Positions 23,301 through 35,951 of a stretch of 53,432 bases of DNA are shown here, piece by piece. Source of the stretch: Raillietiella orientalis (Eukaryota); the NCBI GenBank assembly GCA_036172245.1, contig JAYWIR010000163.1, positions 1-53,432 of the forward strand. Reading direction: 5' to 3'. The notes under the pieces were generated by a model, which searched no databases, was not told where the DNA came from, and saw nothing but the letters and a program-made list of their open reading frames with translations. Made by a program: the position numbers and the translations under genes. How positions within the stretch are numbered: position 1 is the first letter of the stretch; every line of letters starts with the position of its first letter.

Positions 23301-26300
23301 AGGAAGTGGGAGTAGATTGTTTCCAGCTATTTTGATATCTCAGGATTGCGACCGAATTAATCGGGAACCGGCCATGGTCGATTTGGTGCAAGTGCGAAGA
23401 TTTGGACGGAAAACACAACATTGGAAATAGAAAAGATAGAGGAATTTTTTTGATGCACTTTGAAGATTCTATCTCTATCCTGGAAGTAGAAGTAGATTGC
23501 TTCCAACCATTTTGATGTCTCAGGATTGCGACCGAATTCATCGGGAAGCGGCCATGGTCGTTTACATGCATGTGCGGAGATTTGGACGGAACACACCACA
23601 TTGAAAATAGAGAAGATAGAGGTATTCATTTGATGCATTTTCAAGATTCTATTTCTATGCTGGAAGAGGAAATTGATTGATTCCAACGATTTTGATGTCT
23701 CAGGATTGCGACCGAATTCATCGGGAAGCGGCCATGGTCGTTTACATGCAAGTTTGGAGATTTGGACGGAAAACACCACATTGGAAATAAAAAAGATAGA
23801 GGAATTTATTTGATGCACTTTGAAGATTTTATCTGTATGCTGGAAGTGGAAGTACATTGATTTCAACCATTTTCATGTCTCAGGATTGCGACCGAGTTCA
23901 TCCGGAACCGGCCATGGTCGTGTTGGTGCAAGTGCGAAGATTTGGACGGAAAAAACCACATTGGAAACAGAAAACATAGAGGAATTCATTTGATGCATTT
24001 TGAAGATTCTATTTCGGTGCTGGAAGACGAAGTGGATTGATTCCAACCATTTTGATGTCTCAGGATTGCGACCGAATTCATCGGGAACCGACCATGGTCG
24101 TTTTGTTGCTAGTGCGGAGATTTGGAAGGAAAACACCACATTAGAAATAGAAAACATTAAGGAATTTTTGTGATGCATTTTGATGATTCTTTTTTCGTGC
24201 TGGAATACGAAGTAGATTGATTCCAACCATTTTGATGTCTCAGGATTGCGACCGAATACATCGGGAACCGACCATGGTCGTTTTGGTGCTAGTGCGGAGA
24301 TTTGGAAGGAAAACACCACATAAGAAATAGAAAAGATAGAGGAATTTTTCGGATGCACTGTGAAGATTCTATTTCTATGCTGGAAGTGTAAGTAGATTGC
24401 TTCCAACCATTTTGAGGTCTCAGGATTGCGACCGAATTCATCGGGAAGCGGCCATGCTCGTTTACATGCAAGTGTGGAGATTTGGACGGAAAACACCACA
24501 TTGGAAATAGAAAACATAGAGGAATTTCTGTGATGCATTTTGAAGATTCTATTTCCATGCTATGAGTGGAAGTAGATGGCTTCCAACCATTTTGAGGTCT
24601 CAGGATTGCGACCGAGTTCATCCGGAACCGGCGATGGTCGTTTTGGTGCAAGTGCGAAGATTTGGACGGAAAACACCACATTGGAAATAGAAAACATAGA
24701 GGAATTTTTGTGATGCATTTTGATGATTCTTTTTTTGTGCTGGAAGACGAAGTAGATTGATTCCAACCATTTTGATGTCTCAGGATTGCGACCGAATTCA
24801 TCGGGAACCGACCATGGTCGTTTTGGTGATAGTGCGGAGATTTGGAAGGAAAACACCACATTGGAAATAGAAAAGATAGAGGAATTTTTTTGATGCACTT
24901 TGAAGATTCTATCTCCATGCTGGAAGTGGAAGTAGATTGCTTCCAACCATTTTGAGGTCTCAGGATTGCGACCGAATTCATCGGGAAGCGGCTATGGTCG
25001 TTTACATGCAAGTTTCGAGATTTGGACGGAAAACACCACATTGGAAATAAAAAAGATAGAGGAATTTATTTGATGCATTTTAGAGATTCTATCTCGATGC
25101 AGGAAGTTGGAGTAGATTGATTCCAGCTATTTTGATATCTCAGCATTGCGACCGAATTCATCGGGAACCGGCCATGTTCGTTTAGGTGCCGGGGCGGAGA
25201 TTTGGACGGAAAACACCACATTGGAAATAGAAAAGATAGAGGAATTTTTTTGATGCACTTTGAAGATTCTATCTCTATGCTGGAAGTGGAAGTAGATTGC
25301 TTCCAACCATTTTGAGGACTCAGGATTGCGACCGAATTCATCGGGATGCGGTAATGGTCGTTTACGTGCAAGTGCGGAGATTTGGACGGAAAACACCACA
25401 TTGGAAATAGAAAAGATAGAGGAATTTTTTTGATGCATTTTGAAGATTCTATATCTATGGTGGAAGAGGAAGTAGATTGATTCCAACCATTTTTATGTCT
25501 CAGGATTGCGACCTAATTCATCGGGAAGCGACCGTTGTCGTTTAGATGCAAGTGCGTAGATTTGGACGGAAAACACCCCATTGGAAATTGAAAAGATAGA
25601 GGAATTTCTGTGATGCATTTTGAAGATTTAATTTCTATGCTGGAAGTGGAAGTAGATTGATTCCAACCATTTCGATGTCTCATTATTGCGACCGAATTCA
25701 TCGGGAAACGGCTATGGTCGTTTACATGCAAGTGCGGAGATTTGGACGGAAAACACCACATTGGAAATAGAAAAAATTGAGGAATTACTTTGATGCATGT
25801 TGAAGATTCTATTTCTATGCTGCAAGACGAAGTAGATTGATTCCAACCATTTCGATGTCTCAGGATTGCGACCGAATTAGTCGGGAACCGGCCATGGTTG
25901 TTTTGGTACAAGTGCGAAGATTTGGAAGGAAAACCCCACATTGGAAATAGAAAAGATAGAGGAATTTTTTATATGCATTTTAGAGATTCTATCTCGATGC
26001 AGCAAGTGGGAGTAGATTGATCCCAGCTATTTTGATCTCTCAGGATTGCGACCGAAATCATCTGGAACCGGCCATGGTCGTTTAGGTGCAAGTGCGGAGA
26101 TTTGGACGGAAAAAACCACATTGGAAATAGAAAAGATAGAGGAATTTTTGTGATTTATTTTGAAGATTCTTTTTTTGTGCTGGAAGAAGAAGTAGATTTA
26201 TTCCAACCATTTTGATGTCTCAGGATTGCGACCGAATTCATCGGGAACCGACCATGGTCGTTTTGTTGCTAGTGCGGAGATTTGGAAGGAAAACACCACA

Positions 26301-27700
26301 TTAGAAATAGAAAACATTAAGGAATTTTTGTGATGCATTTTGATGATTCTTTTTTCGTGCTGGAAGACGAAGTAGATTGATTCCAACCATTTTGATGTCT
26401 CAGGATTGCGACCGAATTCATCGGGAACCGACCATGGTCGTTTTGGTGCTAGTGCGGAGATTTGGAAGGAAAACACCACATAAGAAATAGAAAAGATAGA
26501 GGAATTTTTCGGATGCACTTTGAAGATTCTATTTCTATGCTGGAAGTGGAAGTAGATTGCTTCCAACCATTTTGAGGTCTCAGGATTGCGACCGAATTCA
26601 TCGGGAAGCGGCCATGGTCGTTTACATGCAAGTTTGGAGATTTGGACGGAAAACACCACATTGGAAATAAAAAAGATAGAGGAATTTATTTGATGCATTT
26701 TAAAGATTCTATCTCGATGCTGGAAGTGGAAGTAGATTGATTCCATCCATTTTGATGTCTCAGGATTGCGACCGAATTCATCGGGAAGCGGCCAGGTCGT
26801 TTACGTGCAAGTGCGGAGATTTGGACGGAAAACACCACATTAAAAATAGAAAAGATAGAGGAATTTTTTAGATGAATTTTAGAGATTCTATCTCGATGCA
26901 GGAAGTGGGAGTAGATTGTTTCCAGCTATTTTGATATCTCAGGATTGCGACCGAATTAATCGGGAACCGGCCATGGTCGATTTGGTGCAAGTGCGAAGAT
27001 TTGGACGGAAAACACAACATTGGAAATAGAAAAGATAGAGGAATTTTTTTGATGCACTTTGAAGATTCTATCTCTATCCTGGAAGTAGAAGTAGATTGCT
27101 TCCAACCATTTTGATGTCTCAGGATTGCGACCGAATTCATCGGGAAGCGGCCATGGTCGTTTACATGCATGTGCGGAGATTTGGACGGAACACACCACAT
27201 TGAAAATAGAGAAGATAGAGGTATTCATTTGATGCATTTTGAAGATTCTATTTCTATGCTGGAAGAGGAAATTGATTGATTCCAACGATTTTGATGTCTC
27301 AGGATTGCGACCGAATTCATCGGGAAGCGGCCATGGTCGTTTACATGCAAGTTTGGAGATTTGGACGGAAAACACCACATTGGAAATAAAAAAGATAGAG
27401 GAATTTATTTGATGCACTTTGAAGATTTTATCTGTATGCTGGAAGTGGAAGTACATTGATTTCAACCATTTTCATGTCTCAGGATTGCGACCGAGTTCAT
27501 CCGGAACCGGCCATGGTCGTGTTGGTGCAAGTGCGAAGATTTGGACGGAAAAAACCACATTGGAAACAGAAAACATAGAGGAATTCATTTGATGCATTTT
27601 GAAGATTCTATTTCGGTGCTGGAAGACGAAGTGGATTGATTCCAACCATTTTGATGTCTCAGGATTGCGACCGAATTCATCGGGAACCGACCATGGTCGT
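20340..27700 (+). repeat. Tandem 20-monomer higher-order repeat, unit 3,599 bp, two near-identical copies plus about one extra monomer
   Basis: ~20,340-23,938 aligns to 23,939-27,537. ORF pairs 21467/25066, 22599/26198 and 23269/26868 all differ by 3,599. I saw only about 4 mismatches by eye. Confidence 0.95.
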
Positions 27701-28792
27701 TTTGGTGCAAGTGCGGAGATTTGGACGGAAAACACCACATTGGAAATAAAAAAGATAGAGGAATTTATTTGATGCACTTTGAAGATTTTATCTGTATGCA
27801 GGAAGTGGAAGTACATTCATTTCAACCGTTTTCATGTCTGAGGATTGCGACCGAGTTCATCCGGAACCGGCCATGGTCGTGTTGGTGCAAGTGCGAAGAT
27901 TTGGACGGAAAACACTACATTGGAAACAGAAAACATAGAGGAATTTTTTGGATGCACTTTGAAGATTCTATTTTTCTGCTGGAAGTGGAAGTAGATTGCT
28001 TCCAACTATTTTGAGGTCTCAGGATTGCGACCGAATTCATCGGGAACCGACCATGGTCGTTTTGGTGCCAGTGCGGAGATTTGGACGGAAAACACCACAT
28101 TGGAAATAAAAAAGATAGAGGAATTTATTTGATGCACTTTGAAGATTTTATCTGTATGCAGGAAGTGGAAGTACATTGATTTCAACCATTTTCATATCTG
28201 AGGATTGCGACCGAGTTCATCCGGAACCGGCCATGGTCGTGTTGGTGCAAGTGCGAAGATTTGGACGGAAAACACCACATTGGAAATAGAAAACATAGAG
28301 GAATTTTTGTGATGCATTTTGAAGATTCTTTTTTTGTGCTGGAAGACGAAGTAGATTGATTCCAACCATTTTGATGTCTCAGGATTGCGACCGAATTCAT
28401 CGGGAACCGACCATGGTCGTTTTGGTGCTAGTGCGGAGATTTGGACGGAAAACACCACATTGGAAATAGAAAACATAGAGGAATTTCTGTGATGCATTTT
28501 GAAGATTCTATTTCTATACTGGGAGTGGAAGTAGATGGCTTCCAACCATTTTGAGGTCTCAGGATTGCGACCGAGTTCATCCGGAACCGGCCATGGTCGT
28601 TTTGGTGCAAGTGCGAAGATTTGGACGGAAAACACCACATTGGAAATAGAAAACATAGAGGAAATTTTGTGATGCATTTTGAAGATTCTATCTCGATGCA
28701 GGAAGTGCAAGTAGATTGATTGCATCCATTTTGATGTCTCAGGATTGCGATCGAATTAATCGGGAACCGGCCATGGTCGTTTTGGTGCAAGT

Positions 28793-29691
28793 GCGAAGAT
28801 TTGGACGGAAAACACAACATTGGAAATAGAAAAGATAGAGGAATTTTTTTGATGCACTTTGGAGATTCTATCTCTACCCTGGAAGTAGAAGTAGATTGCT
28901 TCCAACCATTTTGAGGTCTCAGGATTGCGACCGAATTCATCGGGAACCGACCATGGTCGTTTTGGTGCAAGTTTGGAGATTTGGACGGAAAACACCACAT
29001 TAGAAATAAAAAAGATAGAGGAATTTATTTGATGCATTTTAGAGATTCTATCTCGATGCAGGTAGTGTAAGTAGATTGATTCCATCCATTTTGATGTCTC
29101 AGGATTGCGACCGAATTCATCGGGTAGCGGCCAGGTCGTTTACGTGCAAGTGCGGAGATTTGGACGGAAAATTACCACATTGGAAATAGAAAAGATAGAG
29201 GAATTTGTTCAATGCACTTTGAAGATTCTATCTCTATGCTGGAAGTGGAAGTAGATTGATTCCAACCATTTTGATGTCTCAGGATTGCGACGGAATTCAT
29301 CGGGAAGCGGCCAGGTCGTGTACGTGCAAGTGCGGAGATTTGGACGGAAAACACCACATTTAAAATACAAAAGATAGAGGAATTTTTTAGATGCATTCTA
29401 GAGATTCCATCTCGATGCAGGAAGTGGGAGTAGATTGATTCCAGCTATTTTGATATCTCAGGATTGCGACCGAATTAATCGGGAACCGGCCATGGTCGTT
29501 TTGGTGCAAGTGCGAAGATTTGGACGGAAAACACAACATTGGAAATAGAAAACATAGAGGAATTTCCTTGATGCACTTTGAAGATTCTATTTCTATGCTG
29601 GAAGTGGAAGTAGATTGATTCCAACCATTTTCATGTCTCAGGAATTCGACCGAGTTCATCGGGAACCGGCCATGTTCGTTTAGGTGCCAGT
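28793..29691 (+). repeat. 5-monomer block paralogous to 35,810-36,708 (offset 7,017)
   Basis: Shared CACAAC + CTACCCT + AGTAGAAG, GGTAGCGGCCAGG, the AAAATTACC 1-bp insertion + TTGTTCAATG, AAATACAAAAG, and TTCCTTG + GGTGCCAG, in the same order. Confidence 0.88.
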
Positions 29692-31130
29692 GCGGAGATT
29701 TGGACGGAAAACACCACATTGGAAATAGAGAAGATAGAGGAATTTTACGGAAGCACTTTGAAGATTCTATTTGGATGCAGGAAGAGGAAGTAGATTAATT
29801 CCAACCATTTTCATGTCTCAGGATTGCGACCTAATTCATCGGGAAGCGAACGTTGTCGTTTAGATGCAAGTGCGTAGATTTGGACGGAAAACACTCCATT
29901 GGAAATTGAAAAGATAGAGAAATTTGTTTAATGCACTTTGAAGATTCTATCTCTATGCTGGAAGTGGAAGTAGATTGATTCCAACCATTTTGATGTCTCA
30001 GGATTGCGACCGAATTCATCGGGAACCGACCATGGTCGTTTTGGTTCAAGTTCGGAGATTTGGACGGAAAACACCACATTGGAAATAGAAAAGATAGAGG
30101 AATTTTTTTGATGCATTTTGTGGATTCTATTTCTATGCTGGAAGAGGAAGTAGATTGAATCCAACCATTTTGATGTCTCAGGATTGCGACCGAATTCATC
30201 GGGAAGCGGCCATGGTCGTTTACATGCAAGTGCGGAGATTTGGACGGAAAACACCACATTGGAAATAAAAAAGATAGAGGAATTTTTTTGATGCACTTTG
30301 AAGATTCTATCTCTATGCTGGAAGTGGAAGTAGATTGCTTCCAACCATTTTGAGGTCTCAGGATTGCGACCGAATTCATCGGGAAGCGGCCATGGTCGTT
30401 TACGTGCATGTGCGGAGATTTGGACGGAACACACCACATTGGAAATAGAAAAGATAGAGGTATTCATTTGATGCATTTTGAAGATTCTATTTCTATGCTG
30501 GAAGAGGAAATAGATTGATTCCAACCATTTTGATGTCTCAGGATTGCGACCGAATTCATCGGGAAGCGGCCATGGTCGTTTACATGCAAGTTTGGAGATT
30601 TGGACGGAAAACACCACATTGGAAATAAAAAAGATAGAGGAATTTATTTGATGCACTTTGAAGTTTTTATCTGTATGCTGGAAGTGGAAGTAAGTTGATT
30701 TCAACCATTTTCATGTCTCAGGTTTGCGACCGAGTTCATCCGGAACCGGCCATGGTCGTGTTGGTGCAAGTGCGAAGATTTGGACGGAAAACACCACATT
30801 GGAAATAGAAAACATAGAGGAATTTTCTTGATGCAGTTTGAAGATTCTATTTCTATGCTGGAAGTGGAAGTAGATTGATTCCAACCATTTTCATGTCTCA
30901 GGATTTCGACCGAGTTCATCGGGAACCGGCCACGGTCGTTTACGTGCAAGTGCTGAGATTTGGACGGAAAAATCCACATTGGAAATAGAAAAGATAGAGG
31001 AATTTGTTTAATGCACTTTGAAGATTCTATCTCTATGCTGGAAGTGGAAGTAGATTGATTCCAACCATTTCGATGTGTTAGGATTGCGACGGAATTCATC
31101 GGGAAGCGGCCAGGTCGTGTACGTGCAAGT

Positions 31131-32700
31131 GCGGAGATTTTGACGGAAAACACCACATTAAAAATACAAAAGATAGAGGAATTTTTTAGATGCATTTTAG
31201 AGATTCTATCTCGGTGCAGGAAGTGGAAGTAGATTGATTCCAGCTATTTTGATATCTCAGGATTGCGACCGAATTAATCGGGAACCGGCCATGGTCGTTT
31301 TGGTGCAAGTGCGAAGATTTGGACGGAAAACACAACATTGGAAATAGAAAACATAGAGGAATTTCCTTGATGCACTTTAAAGATTCTATTTCTATGCTGG
31401 AAGTGGAAGTAGATTGATTCCAACCATTTTCATGTCTCAGGATTTCGACCGAGTTCATCGGGAACCGGCCATGTTCGTTTAGGTGCCAGTGCGGAGATTT
31501 GGACGGAAAACACCACATTGGAAATAGAAAAGATAGAGGAATTTTTTATATGCATTTTAGAGATTCTATCTCGATGCAGCAAGTAGGAGAAGATTGATTC
31601 CAGCTATTTTGATCTCTCAGGATTGCGGCCGAAATCATCTGGAACCGGCCATGGTCGTTTAGGTGCAAGTGCGGAGATTTGGACGGAAAACACCACATTG
31701 GAAATAGAGAAGATAGAGGAATTTTACGGAAGCACTTTGAAGATTCTATTTGGATGCAGGAAGAGGAAGTAGATTACTTCCAACCATTTTCATGTCTCAG
31801 GATTGCGACCTAATTCATCGGGAAGCGACCGTTGTCGTTTAGATGCAAGTGCGTAGATTTGGACGGAAAACACTCCATTGGAAATTGAAAAGATAGAGAA
31901 ATTTGTTTGATGCACTTTGAAGATATTATCTCCATGCTGGAAGTGGGAGTAGATTGATTCCAGCTATTTTGATCTCTCAGGATTGCGACCGAAATCATCT
32001 GGAACCGGCCATGGTCGTTTAGGTGCAACTGCGGAGATTTGGACGGAAAACACCACATTGGAAATAGAAAAGATAGAGGAATTTTCTTGATGCACTTTGG
32101 AGATTCTATCTCTATGCTGGAAGTGGAAGTAGATTGCTTCCAACCATTTTGAGGTCTCAGGATTGCGACCGAATTCATCGGGAAGCGACCATGGTCGTTT
32201 TGGTGCAAGAGCGAAGATTTGGACGGAACACACCACATTGGAAATAGAAAAGATAGAGGAATTCATTTGATGCATTTTGAAGATTCTATTTCTGTGCTGG
32301 AAGACGAAGTGGATTGATTGCAACCATTTTGATGTCTCAGGATTGCGACCGAATTCATCGGGAACCGACCATGGTCGTTTTGGTTCAAGTTCGGAGATTT
32401 AGACGGAAAACACCACATTGGAAATAGAAAAGATAGAGGAATTTTTTTGATGCATTTTGGGGATTCTATTTCTATGCTGGAAGAGGAAGTAGATTGAATC
32501 CAACCATTTTGATGTCTCAGGATTGCGACCGAATTCATCGGGAAGCGGCCATGGTCGTTTACATGCAAGTGCGGAGATTTGGACGGAAAACACCACATTG
32601 GAAATAAAAAAGATAGAGGAATTTTTTTGATGCACTTTGAAGATTCTATCTCTATCCTGGAAGTGGAAGTAGATTGCTTCCAACCATTTTCATGTCTCAG
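31131..32700 (+). repeat. 9-monomer block paralogous to 40,309-~41,870 (offset ~9,178) and, from 31,491 onward, to 38,509-~39,700 (offset 7,018)
   Basis: Ordered markers: ATTAAAAATACAAAAG; CACAAC/TTCCTTG; GCAGCAAGTAGGAGAAG/GCGGCCG; TTACGGAAGCAC/CCTAATT; CACTCC/GATATTATC/AACT; GAACAC/TTCAT; TTTTGGGG; AATAAAAAAG. Confidence 0.85.
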
Positions 32701-35221
32701 GTTTGCGACCGAGTTCATCCGGAACCGGCCATGGTCGTGTTGGTGCAAGTGCGAAGATTTGGACGGAAAACACCACATTGGAAATAGAAAACATAGAGGA
32801 ATTTTTGTGATGCATTTTGATGATTCTTTTTTTGTGCTGGAAGACGAAGTAGATTGATTCCAACCATTTTGATGTTTCAGGATTTCGACCGAATTCATCG
32901 GGAACCGACCATGGTCGTTTTGGTGCTAGTGCGGAGATTTGGAAGGAAAACACCACATTGGAAATAGAAAAGATAGAGGAATTTTTTTGATGCATTTTGG
33001 GGATTCTATTTCTATGCTGGAAGAGGAAGTAGATTGAATCCAACCATTTTGAGGTCTCAGGATTGCGACCGAATTCATCGGGAAGCGGCCATGGTCGTTT
33101 ACATGCAAGTTTCGAGATTTGGACGGAAAACACCACATTGGAAATAAAAAAGATAGAGGAATTTATTTGATGCATTTTAGAGATTCTATCTCGATGCAGG
33201 AAGTTGGAGTAGATTGATTCCAGCTATTTTGATATCTCAGGATTGCGACCGAATTCATCGGGAACCGGCCATGTTCGTTTAGGTGCCGGGGCGGAGATTT
33301 GGACGGAAAACACCACATTGGAAATAGAAAAGATAGAGGAATTTTTTTGATGCACTTTGAAGATTCTATCTCTATGCTGGAAGTGGAAGTAGATTGCTTC
33401 CAACCATTTTGAGGTCTCAGGATTGCGACCGAATTCATCGGGATGCGGTAATGGTCGTTTACGTGCAAGTGCGGAGATTTGGACGGAAAACACCACATTG
33501 GAAATAGAAAAGATAGAGGAATTTTTTTGATGCATTTTGAAGATTCTATATCTATGGTGGAAGAGGAAGTAGATTGATTCCAACCATTTTGATGTCTCAG
33601 GATTGCGACCTAATTCATCGGGAAGCGACCGTTGTCGTTTAGATGCAAGTGCGTATATTTGGACGGAAAACACCCCATTGGAAATTGAAAAGATAGAGAA
33701 ATTTGTTTGATGCACTTTGAACATATTAACTCCATGCTGGAAGTGGGAGTAGATTGATCAAAACTATTTTTATCTCTCAGGATTCCGAACGAATTCATTG
33801 GGAACCGGCCATGGTTGTTTTGGTACAAGTGCGAAGATTTGGAAGGAAAACCCCACATTGGAAATAGAAAAGATAGAGGAATTTTTTATATGCATTTTAG
33901 AGATTCTATCTCGATGCAGCAAGTGGGAGTAGATTGATCCCAGCTATTTTGATCTCTCAGGATTGCGACCGAAATCATCTGGAACCGGCCATGGTCGGTT
34001 AGGTGCAAGTGCGGAGATTTGGACGGAAAAAACCACATTGGAAATAGAAAAGATAGAGGAATTTTTTGGATGCACTTTGAAGATTCTATTTCTATGCTGT
34101 AAGTGGAAGTAGATTGCTTCCAACCATTTTGAGGTCTCAGGATTGCGACCGAATTCATCGGGAAGCGGCCAGGTCGTTTACATGCAAGTGCGGAGATTTG
34201 GACGGAAAACACCACATTGGAAATAGAAAACATAGAGGAATTTCTGTGATGTATTTTGAAGATTCTATTTCCATGCTGGCAGTGGAAGTAGATGGCTTCC
34301 AACCATTTTGAGGTCTCAGGATTGCGACCGAGTTCATGCGGAACCGGCCATGGTCGTTTTGGTGCAAGTGCGAAGATTTGGACGGAAAACACCACATTGG
34401 AAATAGAAAACATTGAGGAATTTTTGTGATGCATTTTGATGATTCTTTTTTTGTGCTGGAAGACGAAGTAGATTGATTCCAACCATTTTGATGTCTCAGG
34501 ATTGCGACCGAATTCATCGGGAACCGACCATGGTCGTTTTGGTGCTAGTGCGGAGATTTGGAAGGAAAACACCACATAAGAAATAGAAAAGATGGAGGAA
34601 TTTTTCGGATGCACTTTGAAGATTCTATCTCTATGCTGGAAGTGGAAGTAGATTGCTTCCAACCATTTTGAGGTCTCAGGATTGCGACCGAATTCATCGG
34701 GAAGCGACCATGGTCGTTTTGGTGCAAGTGCGAAGATTTGGACGGAACACACCACATTGGAAATAGAAAAGATAGAGGAATTCATTTGATGCATTTTGAA
34801 GATTCTATTTCTGTGCTGGAAGACGAAGTGGATTGATTCCAACCATTTTGATGTCTCAGGATTGCGACCGAATTCATCGGGAACCGACCATGGTCGTTTT
34901 GGTTCAAGTTCGGAGATTTGGACGGAAAACACCACATTGGAAATAGAAAAGATAGAGGAATTTTTTTGATGCATTTTGAGGATTCTATTTCTATGCTGGA
35001 AGAGGAAGTAGATTGAATCCAACCATTTTGATGTCTCAGGATTGCGACCGAATTCATCGGGAAGCGGCCATGGTCGTTTACATGCAAGTGCGGAGATTTG
35101 GACGGAAAACACCACATTGGAAATAAAAAAGATAGAGGAATTTTTTTGATGCACTTTGAAGATTCTATCTCTATCCTGGAAGTGGAAGTAGATTGCTTCC
35201 AACCATTTTCATGTCTCAGGT

Positions 35222-35951
35222 TTGCGACCGAGTTCATCCGGAACCGGCCATGGTCGTGTCGGTGCAAGTGCGAAGATTTGGACGGAAAACACCACATTGG
35301 AAATAGAAAACATAGAGGAATTTTTGTGATGCATTTTGAAGATTCTTTTTGTGTGCTGGAAGACGAAGTAGATTGATTGCATCCATTTTGATGTCTCAGG
35401 ATTGCGACCGAATTAATCGGGAACCGGCCATGGTCGTTTTGGTGCAAGTGCGAAGATTTGGACGGAAAACACAACATTGGAAATAGAAAAGATAGAGGAA
35501 TTTTTTTGATGCACTTTGAAGATTCTATCTCTACCCTAGAAGTAGAAGTAGATTGCTTCGAACCATTTTGAGGTCTCAGGATTGCGACCGAGTTCATCCG
35601 GAACCGGCCATGGTCGTGTCGGTGCAAGTGCGAAGATTTGGACGGAAAACACCACATTGGAAATAGAAAACATAGAGGAATTTTTGTGATGCATTTTGAA
35701 GATTCTTTTTGTGTGCTGGAAGACGAAGTAGATTGATTGCATCCATTTTGATGTCTCAGGATTGCGACCGAATTAATCGGGAACCGGCCATGGTCGTTTT
35801 GGTGCAAGTGCGAAGATTTGGACGGAAAACACAACATTGGAAATAGAAAAGATAGAGGAATTTTTTTGATGCACTTTGAAGATTCTATCTCTACCCTAGA
35901 AGTAGAAGTAGATTGCTTCGAACCATTTTGAGGTCTCAGGATTGCGACCGA
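35222..35951 (+). repeat. Apparently perfect tandem dimer duplication, period 360 bp
   Basis: GTGTCGG...TTTTGTGTG...TTGCATCC...AATTAATC...CACAAC...CTACCCTAGA...GCTTCGAACC occurs twice in succession (lines 35281-35580 match 35641-35940). Confidence 0.93.
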
